Below are positions 1 through 9,202 of a stretch of 64,000 nt of DNA, piece after piece. Position 1 is the first letter of the stretch. Every line of letters starts with the position of its first letter. The stretch lies in the NCBI GenBank assembly GCA_964404855.1, contig CAYOLO010000001.1, positions 222,894-286,893 on the forward strand, given 5' to 3'. Origin of the DNA: an uncultured Gammaproteobacteria bacterium. Its GTDB lineage: Bacteria; Patescibacteriota; Microgenomatia; CAYQLK01. The notes under the pieces are model-generated. The model was given only the letters and a program-made list of their open reading frames with translations. It did no database searches and was not told where the DNA came from. The position numbers were made by a program, and so were the translations under genes.

Positions 1-910
1 ATCAAGGTGCCTGAGATAGTATTTAAAAAGAACGTCTGACCAAGCAAGCTTATCTTTGAGATTTGAAGGAACGGGGGCCGATTGATATTTTTCGTAAGCA
101 GAAACAAAGTCCGGATTCGTTTGGGGGGATTTTAGGTTAATAATGTTTACTTGATTGGCTCTGTTATTTGATGTTGGATTTATAAATGTAAGCAGAATTG
201 GCAAACAAAAGATTAGTCCAAACAATAATGAAATTGATACAAATTTAATGTTTTTTATTAGTGATTTGAGATAGAGTACCGTAAAAACGATTAAGACTAT
301 TGGAACAATAATTCTGGTGTGGTAGTAGAAGTAGAAGGAGAGAGAAAAAAACAAACTAGAGAATAATAACTTGGATGGTTTTGTAAGACTAGCTAGTAGA
401 AAATATACTCCAAGTACATAAAGCGTAGTTGCGCTGTTGGCCTCGAAGGAGGCTCTTGAGAATTGTAAATGCCAAGGGGAGGTTGCGAGTAAAAAGGCAG
501 CAAATAGTGCTATGATTTTTGATCTTTTGGAGTGGTTTTTTTCTGTTAGTTTGGCAACTAGTAAGTAAATTGCATAAATAGCCAATATGCCCATTAATGC
601 GGAAGGTAGTCTAACTGAAAAATTATTAAGTCCAAAAATTAAGGTGAATGGAGCAGTTAAATAAATTTGGCCAGGAAGCTTGTATTCACCAAATGATTGA
701 AAACTTAGCGGTAAAAACTTACCCCATTCATCCCTTGCAGTTTGAGAAATCGAATATGCATTATATCCAATTGATGCTTCGTCCCAATATGGAGAAATTG
801 GATTACTGTTGATATTAAACAGTCTCAATATAGAGCCTAGAAAAATAATTGAAATTAATATTTTATGACGAATGAAAAACTTCTTTGGGTGTTTGATGTT
901 TGGCTGCACA
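1..910 (-). CDS. Polytopic membrane protein, 5' portion only, possibly a GT-C fold (ArnT/PMT-like) glycosyltransferase. No in-frame ATG; the likely GTG start is near 910 and the gene runs off the window start.
   Basis: The minus strand has an uninterrupted frame from about 910 down to 1, with a stop immediately upstream. The translation (…FIRHKILISIIFLGSILRLFNINSNPISPYWDEASIGYNAYSISQTARDEWGKFLPLSF…) is multi-TM with an N-terminal pattern resembling the ArnT/PMT family. The ORF track omits it for lack of an ATG. Confidence 0.35.
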
Positions 911-965
911 ATTATTTTTTTTACTTAGTTGATTATAAGACAGAATAAAATGGGTTTATAATTAA

Positions 966-1385
966 GTGATTATGATAAATATATTTAAACCTTCTCAAAA
1001 AGTTTTTGCTCACTGCGATGTTCCTTGCGGAATATATGACCCAAGGCCAGCTCAAATAGCTGCTGCAACTGTTTTAAAAATGGTAGAAAAAATTCTTGCT
1101 TTACCAAATGAAATGTCGCAGGCGGAGATGAATAGTTTTGTAAGAATGGTGGAGGCAAAAGAGGAGCATGCCAGAATATGTAAGCAAGAAATTTTGGTGC
1201 TTTGGACTGATTTTTTCAAACCAGAACACTTGGAAAAGTTTCCAGATTTGCACGAAAAGGTTTGGAATACTGCTAAGCTGGTTTCAGAAAACAAACAACA
1301 TGTTCATCTAGATGCTGCTCAGCGCCTAGTTAAATCTGTGGATGAGATTGCGAGTATTTTTGACCAAATTAAGATGGGTTCTTAG
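966..1385 (+). CDS. sodN: Nickel-containing superoxide dismutase precursor (Ni-SOD)
   Basis: A 15-aa propeptide is followed by the HCDVPCGIYDP Ni-hook motif. The C-terminal 'VLWTDFFKPEHLEKFPDLHEKV' matches the Streptomyces SodN core. The length of about 139 aa is typical. Confidence 0.9.
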   Translation: MIMINIFKPSQKVFAHCDVPCGIYDPRPAQIAAATVLKMVEKILALPNEMSQAEMNSFVRMVEAKEEHARICKQEILVLWTDFFKPEHLEKFPDLHEKVWNTAKLVSENKQHVHLDAAQRLVKSVDEIASIFDQIKMGS

Positions 1386-1403
1386 TTTTTTAGTATTTTA
1401 TTT

Positions 1404-1712
1404 ATGAGATTTGAGGTGTTTGGAGAAAGTATGTTGCCAACTTTTGTGGCAAATGATTATTTATTGGTATTTAAGTCAAGATCGGTAAAGTGTGGAGATT
1501 ATGTGGTTTTTTGTGATCCTAGAGACGGTGATCGAAGATTATTAAAGAAGGTAAACAGAGTAAGGCATGGTGAGATTTTCGTTGAGGGATTAAATAAAAA
1601 GCAGAGTACTGATTCACGGATATTTGGTTGGGTAAATAAAGATTTGATTGTTGGCAAGGTCTTTATGAGATATTATCCGCTTTTTGGTCGTGGTAAATTT
1701 TGGTTTTGGTAG
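1404..1712 (+). CDS. sodX: Ni-SOD maturation peptidase (signal peptidase I / S26 family, SodX-like)
   Basis: It carries the 'GESMLPTF' Ser-protease motif of the S26 family. It is small and lies immediately downstream of sodN, the conserved sodN-sodX arrangement. Confidence 0.8.
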   Translation: MRFEVFGESMLPTFVANDYLLVFKSRSVKCGDYVVFCDPRDGDRRLLKKVNRVRHGEIFVEGLNKKQSTDSRIFGWVNKDLIVGKVFMRYYPLFGRGKFWFW

Positions 1713-1730
1713 TGTAGAATTCATTTCGTT

Positions 1731-2414
1731 ATGGCACTTGGAATTTTTGATATTAAAACAATAATCGAATCAGTTGATCCTTCGTTAAGTAATGTCGTTG
1801 GAGTAGGGTTAGTTTCGCTGATTGTTTTTGCGGAATCGGGACTATTGGTTGGATTTTTCTTGCCTGGTGATTCAATGTTGATTTCGGTGGGAATTTTAGC
1901 TTCAAAAGGTTTGATAAATATATACTTTTTACTGTTTTTTGTTTTTTTATCGGCGGTTATTGGTGATAATGTTGGTTATTCGACTGGTAGGAGATTTGGG
2001 AAAAGATTATTTACTAGAAAGGAATCAAAATTTTTCAAACCAGAACATTTGATTAAGGCGCAGGAATTTTATGAAAAACATGGTGGTAAAACGATAATAT
2101 TGGCTAGATTTATACCATTTGTCAGAACCTTCGCGCCGGTGGTGGCAGGGATAGGTGATATGAACTATAAAACTTTTTTTCTTTATAATTTGACTGGTGG
2201 ATTTTTGTGGGCAGTTGGGGTTACTTTGTTGGGGTTTTTCTTAGGTAAAATACCAGGTATTGATAACTATCTCCTTGCAATTATTGGGATAATTATTTTT
2301 GTTTCAGTTGCTCCGGCTGTATGGCATATTTTTAAAGAGCCAGAGAATAGACAAACCTTAAGGAGGACTGCAGCTAGTTCTTACAGTAAAGTAAGACGCC
2401 GAAAAAATGTCTAA
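1731..2414 (+). CDS. DedA/SNARE-associated family membrane protein
   Basis: It has multiple TM helices and the DedA signature region 'GDNVGYSTGRRFGKRLF…ILARFIPFVRTF'. Confidence 0.8.
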   Translation: MALGIFDIKTIIESVDPSLSNVVGVGLVSLIVFAESGLLVGFFLPGDSMLISVGILASKGLINIYFLLFFVFLSAVIGDNVGYSTGRRFGKRLFTRKESKFFKPEHLIKAQEFYEKHGGKTIILARFIPFVRTFAPVVAGIGDMNYKTFFLYNLTGGFLWAVGVTLLGFFLGKIPGIDNYLLAIIGIIIFVSVAPAVWHIFKEPENRQTLRRTAASSYSKVRRRKNV

Positions 2415-4140
2415 ACATACAAACAACTTATTTGGTTTGGTAAAAAAAATTCAAAAATTTGTTTTGGATAACAAGGGGATTGTTCTCGTTTTTGCGCTTT
2501 TTTTGGTGCTTGCACTAGTTAATGCTGTTCATGAATCTTTCCCTGATGAGTACGATAATATTCTGGGGGGATATTATATAAACAAGGGGATGCTGCCCAA
2601 TATTGGGTTTTTTACTCATCATAATATTGGTGCATATTTTTTGGCGGCAATCAATGCGTTTTTTACTCAACAGTCGTTTGTTTGGTTTAGGTTGTTGTTC
2701 GCTTTTGAAATATGGGGAGCAATAATAGCTACCTATTTGTTATTTAGACGTGGATTTGGTGTAGAAAAAAGTAAATTTTATCTGTGGTTTGCGCTGTTTA
2801 TGCTCGTAGGATCGACATATTGGTGGGGGCAGATGTTTTTGTCGGAGACATTAATTTCGTATCTAATAATCCCTGTATATGGGTTGATTTTATTAAAATC
2901 TTTTTATAAGAAGATTTGGACACTTACCGATCTTGTTTTGGTGTCTATTCTGACATTTTTAAGTTTTTCTATTTCGTTAACTTACATTTATATATTTGCT
3001 TTGATTTACCCATTAGTTTTGGTGCTTTATGTATTGGGATTAAAGAACAGATTCGATATTAGAAAAATATTTATCGCGTTAGTTATTTTGGGAATGCCTT
3101 ATGTAATATTTGGAATTTATTTATTAGTTACTAATTCTTACGAAGAGTTTTATTTTCAGCAGTATTTTTATAACTTTAACTACTATATTTATAATTTCCC
3201 AGACGTAGCCGGCGTTCGATCCACGAATCCGATTAGATATGCGGTTTCTACTGCTTATCAGACTCTAAACGGGTTTTATGGATTGTTTATTCAAGTTAAA
3301 GATTTGAATTTGGAATACCCATTTAATGTTTCTTTGGTTTTGGGTAATTTGTTGGCTGTGGTTTATCTGATTGTTAGGAGAAGGTTTTGGATAGCTGGAA
3401 TGGTGGTGTTTGTAATTATCTTTTCAAACACAAGGAGTGAGCCATTAAATATTAAAGAAACGGATTTTCATGCGACGGTTTTTATAGCACTAACTTTATT
3501 TAATCTTGCTTGGGCAAGTTTTGAGATAGTTAAAAAATTGAACAAAAAAGTGTTTAATTATTCCCAAACGATATTGTTAACTGCGTTAATGATAATTGTT
3601 TGGATTTATGTGGTTTTTGCAATGTTATTACTGGCAGATAAATTTGGAGAAAAGGTTTATGCAAAATACATGGGGCAACAGCCATTGATTTATGACAGGC
3701 CTGAAGTCGCGCCAATCTTGAATAAGATTACTACAAAGGATGATTTTGTTTGGGTTGGTCCGTTTGCTTTTCACGAACTTTTGTATCTGAACGCAAAGAA
3801 TCCATCAAAGTACCATTGGTTTTTGCCGCAGAGTGAAGCCTTTGGAAGATTTAAAGAAGGAATAATTAATGATTTAACAATTAGAAGACCGAAGGTGATT
3901 GTTTTTGAAAAAGGGTATACAAACTTTGGTAAAAGAGCGGAAGAGTGGAATTATCCGATTACGGACTTTTTGTCAAAAAATTATTTTAGTTTTGAGCAGT
4001 TAAGCACTTTGGGTTATGTTTCAAAGGCTTCATCGGCTATGCATTTTGATTTTACTCAAACATATTATTTTGATAATAATCGTAGAGAAGAAATAATTAA
4101 CGATTTGGTTAGTACTGGTTTGATTGAGAAGATTAGGTAG
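2407..4140 (+). CDS. Large polytopic membrane protein (577 aa) of unknown function, possibly an envelope glycosyltransferase
   Basis: It has 10 or more predicted TM segments followed by a soluble C-terminal region. Its start overlaps the dedA stop (ATG…TAA overlap). Confidence 0.45.
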   Translation: MSKHTNNLFGLVKKIQKFVLDNKGIVLVFALFLVLALVNAVHESFPDEYDNILGGYYINKGMLPNIGFFTHHNIGAYFLAAINAFFTQQSFVWFRLLFAFEIWGAIIATYLLFRRGFGVEKSKFYLWFALFMLVGSTYWWGQMFLSETLISYLIIPVYGLILLKSFYKKIWTLTDLVLVSILTFLSFSISLTYIYIFALIYPLVLVLYVLGLKNRFDIRKIFIALVILGMPYVIFGIYLLVTNSYEEFYFQQYFYNFNYYIYNFPDVAGVRSTNPIRYAVSTAYQTLNGFYGLFIQVKDLNLEYPFNVSLVLGNLLAVVYLIVRRRFWIAGMVVFVIIFSNTRSEPLNIKETDFHATVFIALTLFNLAWASFEIVKKLNKKVFNYSQTILLTALMIIVWIYVVFAMLLLADKFGEKVYAKYMGQQPLIYDRPEVAPILNKITTKDDFVWVGPFAFHELLYLNAKNPSKYHWFLPQSEAFGRFKEGIINDLTIRRPKVIVFEKGYTNFGKRAEEWNYPITDFLSKNYFSFEQLSTLGYVSKASSAMHFDFTQTYYFDNNRREEIINDLVSTGLIEKIR

Positions 4141-4914
4141 TTGTATTTTATGCAGGTTATTTTTCAAGCTAGGGAGTATGTAATTAGAGGGTTAAGGCTT
4201 TGTGCAAAGGATCCTTTTGGGCTACTGGCTTTGGCTGGGCTTTTTGCATTGTTTGATGTTTCAAGTGTGGCTTTTTCTAACCAAAACAATATATGGGCAT
4301 CTTGGGTGGCCTTGGTATTGCCGTGGATTTCAATTGTCGGAGGAAATTTGGCGCTTATTTTTGCAGTTGAATCCCTTGCTAAAAATGAATTAGTGGTACC
4401 GGCTAAGATTTTGCCTCAGACGTTTAAATGGTTAAGACGGTATTTAGAAGTAAATGGTATTACCACAATAATTTTTTGGGGAATGTTTGTGCCACTAAAA
4501 ACCTTATTAGATTATTGGGCAACGAGAAACGGATATAGTGATATTCTTACTTGGATTATTATTTTGCCGTTTGCGGTTCTGGTGCATGTTCGGTTAGTTT
4601 TTGCGACCTATGCGGCTGTTGTAGATAATCAAAATGCAATTAAAGCAGTGGCAATAAGTTGGAGAGTGGCTCATAAAAGATGGGTACTTGTGACTTTAAG
4701 TTTTTTGTTTGCACTGGTTGCGGTTTCACCGTTTGCACTGCCCGCCTTGGTATTATCAATGTATTCGCCAAAAGAAATTCAAAATGGTATTAACTGGACA
4801 ATAATTCAGTTAATTAGGCCTGTCTTAATCGCAACTTTGCATGAATTATATGTAGATTATGGAATGAACGGAAAATTAAAAACCAAAAATGTTAATGGAA
4901 AAAAAGTTAAGTGA
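4141..4914 (+). CDS. Integral membrane protein, hypothetical
   Basis: It has hydrophobic helices throughout and is tightly packed between the neighbouring genes. Confidence 0.4.
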   Translation: MYFMQVIFQAREYVIRGLRLCAKDPFGLLALAGLFALFDVSSVAFSNQNNIWASWVALVLPWISIVGGNLALIFAVESLAKNELVVPAKILPQTFKWLRRYLEVNGITTIIFWGMFVPLKTLLDYWATRNGYSDILTWIIILPFAVLVHVRLVFATYAAVVDNQNAIKAVAISWRVAHKRWVLVTLSFLFALVAVSPFALPALVLSMYSPKEIQNGINWTIIQLIRPVLIATLHELYVDYGMNGKLKTKNVNGKKVK

Positions 4915-5974
4915 TAGACAGATTGAGCTGGATGTAATTAAGGCAGTTGCGATAATTGCTGTAGTGCTTGTTCACACTACAAGTCTTAGTTATTCGTATT
5001 TTCCAAGAAACGGAATTGGTTGGAGTAGTTTGTTGGTTATCGATCAGCTGACAAGATTTTGTGTACCTGTTTTTGTGGCGCTAAGCGGTTATGGGCTTGG
5101 AATAAAAAACATGGATATTGGCCGAGATTACAGGCAGTTTTTTAGAAGAAGAGTAGTTAAATTATTGCCATGGTATTTGTTTTGGTCGGGAATTATTTAT
5201 TTTTATATTAGATTAGGTGATGAGTGGAATCATGTGGAGCATTTTCCATTGTGGAAGATTATTTTTATGGGAAAAGCTGACTACCATTTGTACTTTGTGC
5301 CAATGATTGTGTCTTTATATTTAATATTTCCAATACTCGCTTTTTTAATTAAAAAGTTTGGATGGAGAATTATTTTATTTTTGGGTTTGCTGCAGGGTCT
5401 TTTGTTTTTTCTTACAAGCTTGGAGGCAGAAAAAATTATTAAATTGGGGTTTTCGTGGGGAGATCAGCAACAATATTTGTTTTTTGGGTCTTGGATATTT
5501 TATTTTGCTTTAGGAATTTACCTTAATTTTTTACCTGGTGTTATGTCGAAAAGAAATAATTTAATCAAGTTGGTTGCGGTTGTATCGTTGACTCTGGGTC
5601 TGGCCTTTATTTTGGTCGATACATTTAGATTGGTGGGTGAGGGTGCGGATATTATCGCGGCAACAAGGTTTACAAGAATTCCGGTATTGGTTTTTGCGAC
5701 TGGTTTTATATTATCGTCTTTGGTGTGGAGAAAGTTTTGGCTTGGGTTTCCTCGAATCTTTATTTGGATTGGGGAGAGGTCGTTTATTATTTATCTTTCT
5801 CATACATTAGTATTAAGAGAATTACTTGAACTGTTAAGACCCAGTAATTTGGTTGACTTTGTTTCATACTTTCTTTTGGCTTTTATGTTGTCGACAATTT
5901 TGGCCGAGGTGGCGTTTCAGATAGCGAGGTTTTTGTCGAAACAAAAGTTTCATAAATTATTAATTAGATTTTGA
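4889..5974 (+). CDS. Acyltransferase family 3 (OafA/OatA-like O-acyltransferase) membrane protein
   Basis: The N-terminal 'R…ELDVIKAVAIIAVVLVHT' motif and roughly 10 TM helices are typical of PF01757. Confidence 0.75.
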   Translation: MLMEKKLSDRQIELDVIKAVAIIAVVLVHTTSLSYSYFPRNGIGWSSLLVIDQLTRFCVPVFVALSGYGLGIKNMDIGRDYRQFFRRRVVKLLPWYLFWSGIIYFYIRLGDEWNHVEHFPLWKIIFMGKADYHLYFVPMIVSLYLIFPILAFLIKKFGWRIILFLGLLQGLLFFLTSLEAEKIIKLGFSWGDQQQYLFFGSWIFYFALGIYLNFLPGVMSKRNNLIKLVAVVSLTLGLAFILVDTFRLVGEGADIIAATRFTRIPVLVFATGFILSSLVWRKFWLGFPRIFIWIGERSFIIYLSHTLVLRELLELLRPSNLVDFVSYFLLAFMLSTILAEVAFQIARFLSKQKFHKLLIRF

Positions 5975-6039
5975 GTTATAGCCGTAAATTGTGCTAAAAT
6001 TCTTAGAATCGTTTTTGGGATACGGAATCAATTGTCTTT

Positions 6040-6650
6040 TCTTGACAATCCAAAACGTGTTTTTAGAGGAAAACACGAAAAGTCGAGGAGAGGTTTTTGG
6101 TTTGAGTTCCAACAACGAGCACATAACAATCGGAGAGGCACAGTTGACGAACATGTTGACGAGCACCGTGCATACCCTTGAGGAGTTGGCCGATATGGCT
6201 GATTCACCAAGGGCGGCGGATACCTATCGGGCATTCGCTAGTGCCGAGTGTCTCATGATGGTCGTAACCTCATCCAAGAATGTGGGCGAAGCCGCCGTCT
6301 GCGTTCCCCATTCCGGGCAGTCTGAAAGCCCCAGCGTGACTGTCGTGAAGCACCCCCGCTTCACCATCCCTGCGTCTGACTTGTTTCAGGTGATCTCGCC
6401 CGAAATGGCAAGCCGTCGCAGTCGCGAATCGCTGGCCATGAAGAGCACGCCGGTTAATCCGAAGTACTCGACGAACCATCAGGTCTTGCGGTTGCAACAG
6501 GAGAATGTTGCGAAGGTCGCAAGGCTTATGGCTGTTCTGACAGGGAAGCCGATCGAGGTCCGCTTCCAGGAAGCTGGTGGGCGCAACTTCCCTTACTTGG
6601 ACGAAGTGGTTCATCCTTAACCGGATTACGCGCCTTTAATTGGAACTGTG
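6040..6650 (+). other. GC-rich, ORF-poor island: a candidate large structured ncRNA or a foreign, pseudogenised fragment
   Basis: GC content rises sharply above both flanks. The only long frame (5991..6620) translates to a protein with no family resemblance and overlaps antisense ORFs rich in Arg, Pro and Gly. There are many local hairpins, for example a 7-bp stem at 6345-6364. A + strand intrinsic terminator follows. Confidence 0.25.
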
Positions 6651-6804
6651 AGGTATTTTTGGGCTTAGCACCCCTAGCTTCTTTAGTTTTGTTTGAGATG
6701 GAGAAATTTCATCACAGACAAACTTAGCGAAGCGTCTGTTTTTTTGCAGAGCTAGCCTCCTCACAATTACTTTTTAAGGCTTGTGGTTTGGTTGTTGTGT
6801 GAGT

Positions 6805-6851
6805 GGTGGGTGGTAGGATTAATTTCTTGCCCCCACCTCTTTTTTTGTTTT
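6805..6851 (+). terminator. Rho-independent terminator candidate
   Basis: The stem GGTGGG (6805-6810) pairs with CCCACC (6832-6837), followed by TCTTTTTTTGTTTT. It lies between the GC-rich island and the convergent rimK-like gene. Confidence 0.4.
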
Positions 6852-8190
6852 AGCTATGATTTGGTTTGGGAATTTTTGGAATGAATGGTTTGACAACGAA
6901 CCCTTGAATATCTCTGCGTCCAATAAGTAATGGATATTTTAAATGAGATCTGTCTGCAACTGAGGCATTTGAGGTAATAAGTTTGCCGGCGACTGAAAAT
7001 TTTAGACTAACATATTCTCTTTTCGATCTGCCGTGGGCAGATCTTACGCCTTTTATTTTGGTTATTAGGGTTGAGTGATATATTCCTAGGTTTTGAGCTA
7101 AATGTCTGTCGATTGAAGAAGATTTGGCTCCAGTATCGATGCGAGCTTTAATCTCAAGTCTTTTGCCAGTTGAACTGACGACTTTAACAACTTCGACTGC
7201 GTCTAAGATTGTACGATTTGGCTTGATTTTTTCTGACACAGATGAGGAAAAAATTGTTTTGGCTAGCGCAACACCTCTTTCGGTTGAGGTCACTTCCAGA
7301 TCCTCAACGCGTTTGAGTCGTCTAAGTAGTGGGGCTCGATTCGCGTTTTGAATAGAAAGTCCTGGCCTGGCGTTTATTTCGATAACGACGGGTCCTTTGT
7401 TTTCGTCGAGGATAATATCAACGCCAGCAAATCCAAGTTTGGAGGCAACTTGAGCTTCAACGGAAAGCCTGAGTATTTCTTCCCAGTGGGGAACTTTAAT
7501 TCCGTTAAGTTTGATTTTTGTGTCAGGAACATATTTGATTGGTTGGTCATAGCGAATAGCGTGGACTGTAACGCCTGTTGCGATATCTATACCGACGCCA
7601 ATTGCACCACCGTGGAGATTAGCTGTTCCGTTACTTTCTTCAGTAGGAAGCCTTAACATTGCCATTACTGGAACTTTGTTGAAAACTATAACGCGAATAT
7701 CGGGTGCTCCGCGCCAAGTATATTTTTTGAAAGTTTTGCTACGCCTAATTCTTTCTTCAATAAAGGCTGCATCTGGGACTTGGTTGAGGGAATAATTGCC
7801 ATCAAGTATGTCTTGAATATGTCTTTTGAGCCCAGCGCTGTCGATGTTGTTTTGATCAGTTGTTTCTCCTTTACCATTTTTGAATTTTCTAACAAGAAGA
7901 ATACCTTCTCCACCATAACCAGCGTTCGGTTTAACGACGAAGTCTTGTGGAAGACTGTCCCAGTCAAAATCATCAAGGTCTTTGAACCGATAAAAGGACG
8001 CGTAGAGTTTTGGGGTGGCGACGTTGTTTTTAATCAAAACTCGTTTGGTTAAGAGTTTTTCGTCGGCAAATCTGCGGGCGCGCATACGGTTGTAGCGTCC
8101 GATATAGAGAAGGTTCCTGGCGTTGATGCCTAGAACATGTTTACTCTTTACCATACTTGAGAACCTCTCTGAAGCGGAGATATTCGACAA
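6850..8190 (-). CDS. RimK-like ATP-grasp (alpha-L-glutamate ligase-related) protein fused to a C-terminal retropepsin-like aspartic peptidase domain
   Basis: The N-terminal two-thirds has the ATP-grasp ligase pattern (…FVVKPNAGYGGEGILL…IEINARPG…). The C-terminal roughly 130 aa contains 'ARIDTGAKSSSID', a retropepsin D[TS]G motif. This matches the RimK-associated peptidase family that is normally a separate neighbouring gene. Confidence 0.7.
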   Translation of the reverse strand: MSNISASERFSSMVKSKHVLGINARNLLYIGRYNRMRARRFADEKLLTKRVLIKNNVATPKLYASFYRFKDLDDFDWDSLPQDFVVKPNAGYGGEGILLVRKFKNGKGETTDQNNIDSAGLKRHIQDILDGNYSLNQVPDAAFIEERIRRSKTFKKYTWRGAPDIRVIVFNKVPVMAMLRLPTEESNGTANLHGGAIGVGIDIATGVTVHAIRYDQPIKYVPDTKIKLNGIKVPHWEEILRLSVEAQVASKLGFAGVDIILDENKGPVVIEINARPGLSIQNANRAPLLRRLKRVEDLEVTSTERGVALAKTIFSSSVSEKIKPNRTILDAVEVVKVVSSTGKRLEIKARIDTGAKSSSIDRHLAQNLGIYHSTLITKIKGVRSAHGRSKREYVSLKFSVAGKLITSNASVADRSHLKYPLLIGRRDIQGFVVKPFIPKIPKPNHS

Positions 8191-9058
8191 GTCTTAGTCC
8201 GGTCCATCTGCCGATAAGAATTATAAAGGCAATAATTGCGACGAAAGTTAGTTCGGGATTAATTAGCACGATTCTTTGTAAATAGCTCCACTGCATTATT
8301 AAAAACCCAATGACTGCGAGGACAAGTGTTTCAGCTGTTATCACGGCTGCTTGTCTAAGATTTTTATCTAATTGAATATTAACGAAGTTTTCTGTCAGGG
8401 TAATAAGAATCAAAATAGGGAAGATAGAAATCGTTTCAATCCTGACGATATCGAGCATTGATCCGAAAAATAGAGTAATAAACATTGCCATTGAAACAAA
8501 AAATAAAATCAGTGCTGTTCTGGGTAAATAGAGGATTTTGAGATAACGAAGAATGTATCTAGATAGAGTTGTCGTTAAAACAATGACAATGAATAAAGCT
8601 AACCCTACTTTTAATCCTGTAGCAACAAAGGCGACTGCTGTGACGGTTGGAGTGTAGATACCAAAACTTTTAAAACCAATGACTTGTCTTGAAAAGGCAG
8701 CAATTGCGGCAATAATTGGCAGCATCAAGACTAAAACAATTGTATTAGTTGGAACTCCATCGTTGACCATTGATCTGATTCCATAGGAAATAAAATTATT
8801 CCACGATAGTGAGGTGATTGGATTTTGGTCAAGTAGAGTTTTGAGCTGTGATTCGGACACCTCAGGATTAGTTAAATCGGAAGACGGCTTGATTGTTGAA
8901 CTGATTGATGCCTCTTGAGCTTGAGTAGTAGCTTCGATTGTGGGCTGGGTTGCGAGAGGGGTTGTAGTTGGATTTTTGGCTTGCGCGGAAATTTGTGGTG
9001 CGTAAATTAAGCCAGTCAACACGATAGAAAGAATAATTAGGGTTTGCAAGAATCTCAT
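8141..9058 (-). CDS. Multi-pass membrane protein (signal peptide plus about 7 TM), partner of the RimK-like ligase
   Basis: It has an N-terminal signal (MRFLQTLIILSIVLTGLIYAPQISA), a Thr/Pro-rich linker and then 6-7 TM helices. It is co-directional with the rimK-like gene and overlaps it by about 50 nt, suggesting an operon. Confidence 0.5.
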   Translation of the reverse strand: MRFLQTLIILSIVLTGLIYAPQISAQAKNPTTTPLATQPTIEATTQAQEASISSTIKPSSDLTNPEVSESQLKTLLDQNPITSLSWNNFISYGIRSMVNDGVPTNTIVLVLMLPIIAAIAAFSRQVIGFKSFGIYTPTVTAVAFVATGLKVGLALFIVIVLTTTLSRYILRYLKILYLPRTALILFFVSMAMFITLFFGSMLDIVRIETISIFPILILITLTENFVNIQLDKNLRQAAVITAETLVLAVIGFLIMQWSYLQRIVLINPELTFVAIIAFIILIGRWTGLRLVEYLRFREVLKYGKE

Positions 9059-9202
9059 TTTAGTTTAAAATTTTATTTCACTAAATTACTTTCGCTAAGA
9101 GCTAGTTAAGGTAACTTTAAAGCGCCCACATTATAATACTAAATATAGCTGTGACAAGTGTGTAGAAAATGTGCGGTTTGTAATTAAATAAAACAAATAA
9201 AT

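Noticed and set aside
5991-6620. 209-aa ORF spanning the GC-rich island
   Set aside because: The translated sequence has no family-like motifs. All three antisense frames are also open, as expected for GC-rich non-coding DNA. The codon usage is unlike every neighbouring gene. I treat it as non-coding or a pseudogene rather than a CDS.
6040-6650. GC-rich island as tmRNA, RNase P RNA, SRP RNA or a group II intron
   Set aside because: I looked for the tmRNA tag-reading frame and tRNA-like end. I looked for RNase P P4 strands (GGAAAGUCCGG / ACAGAAACCCGGCUUA) and the GGUGAAA motif. I looked for the SRP domain IV GGAAGGAAGCAGC motif and group II domain V (RAGCYGUAUG…ACGUACGG). None is present beyond short chance similarities.
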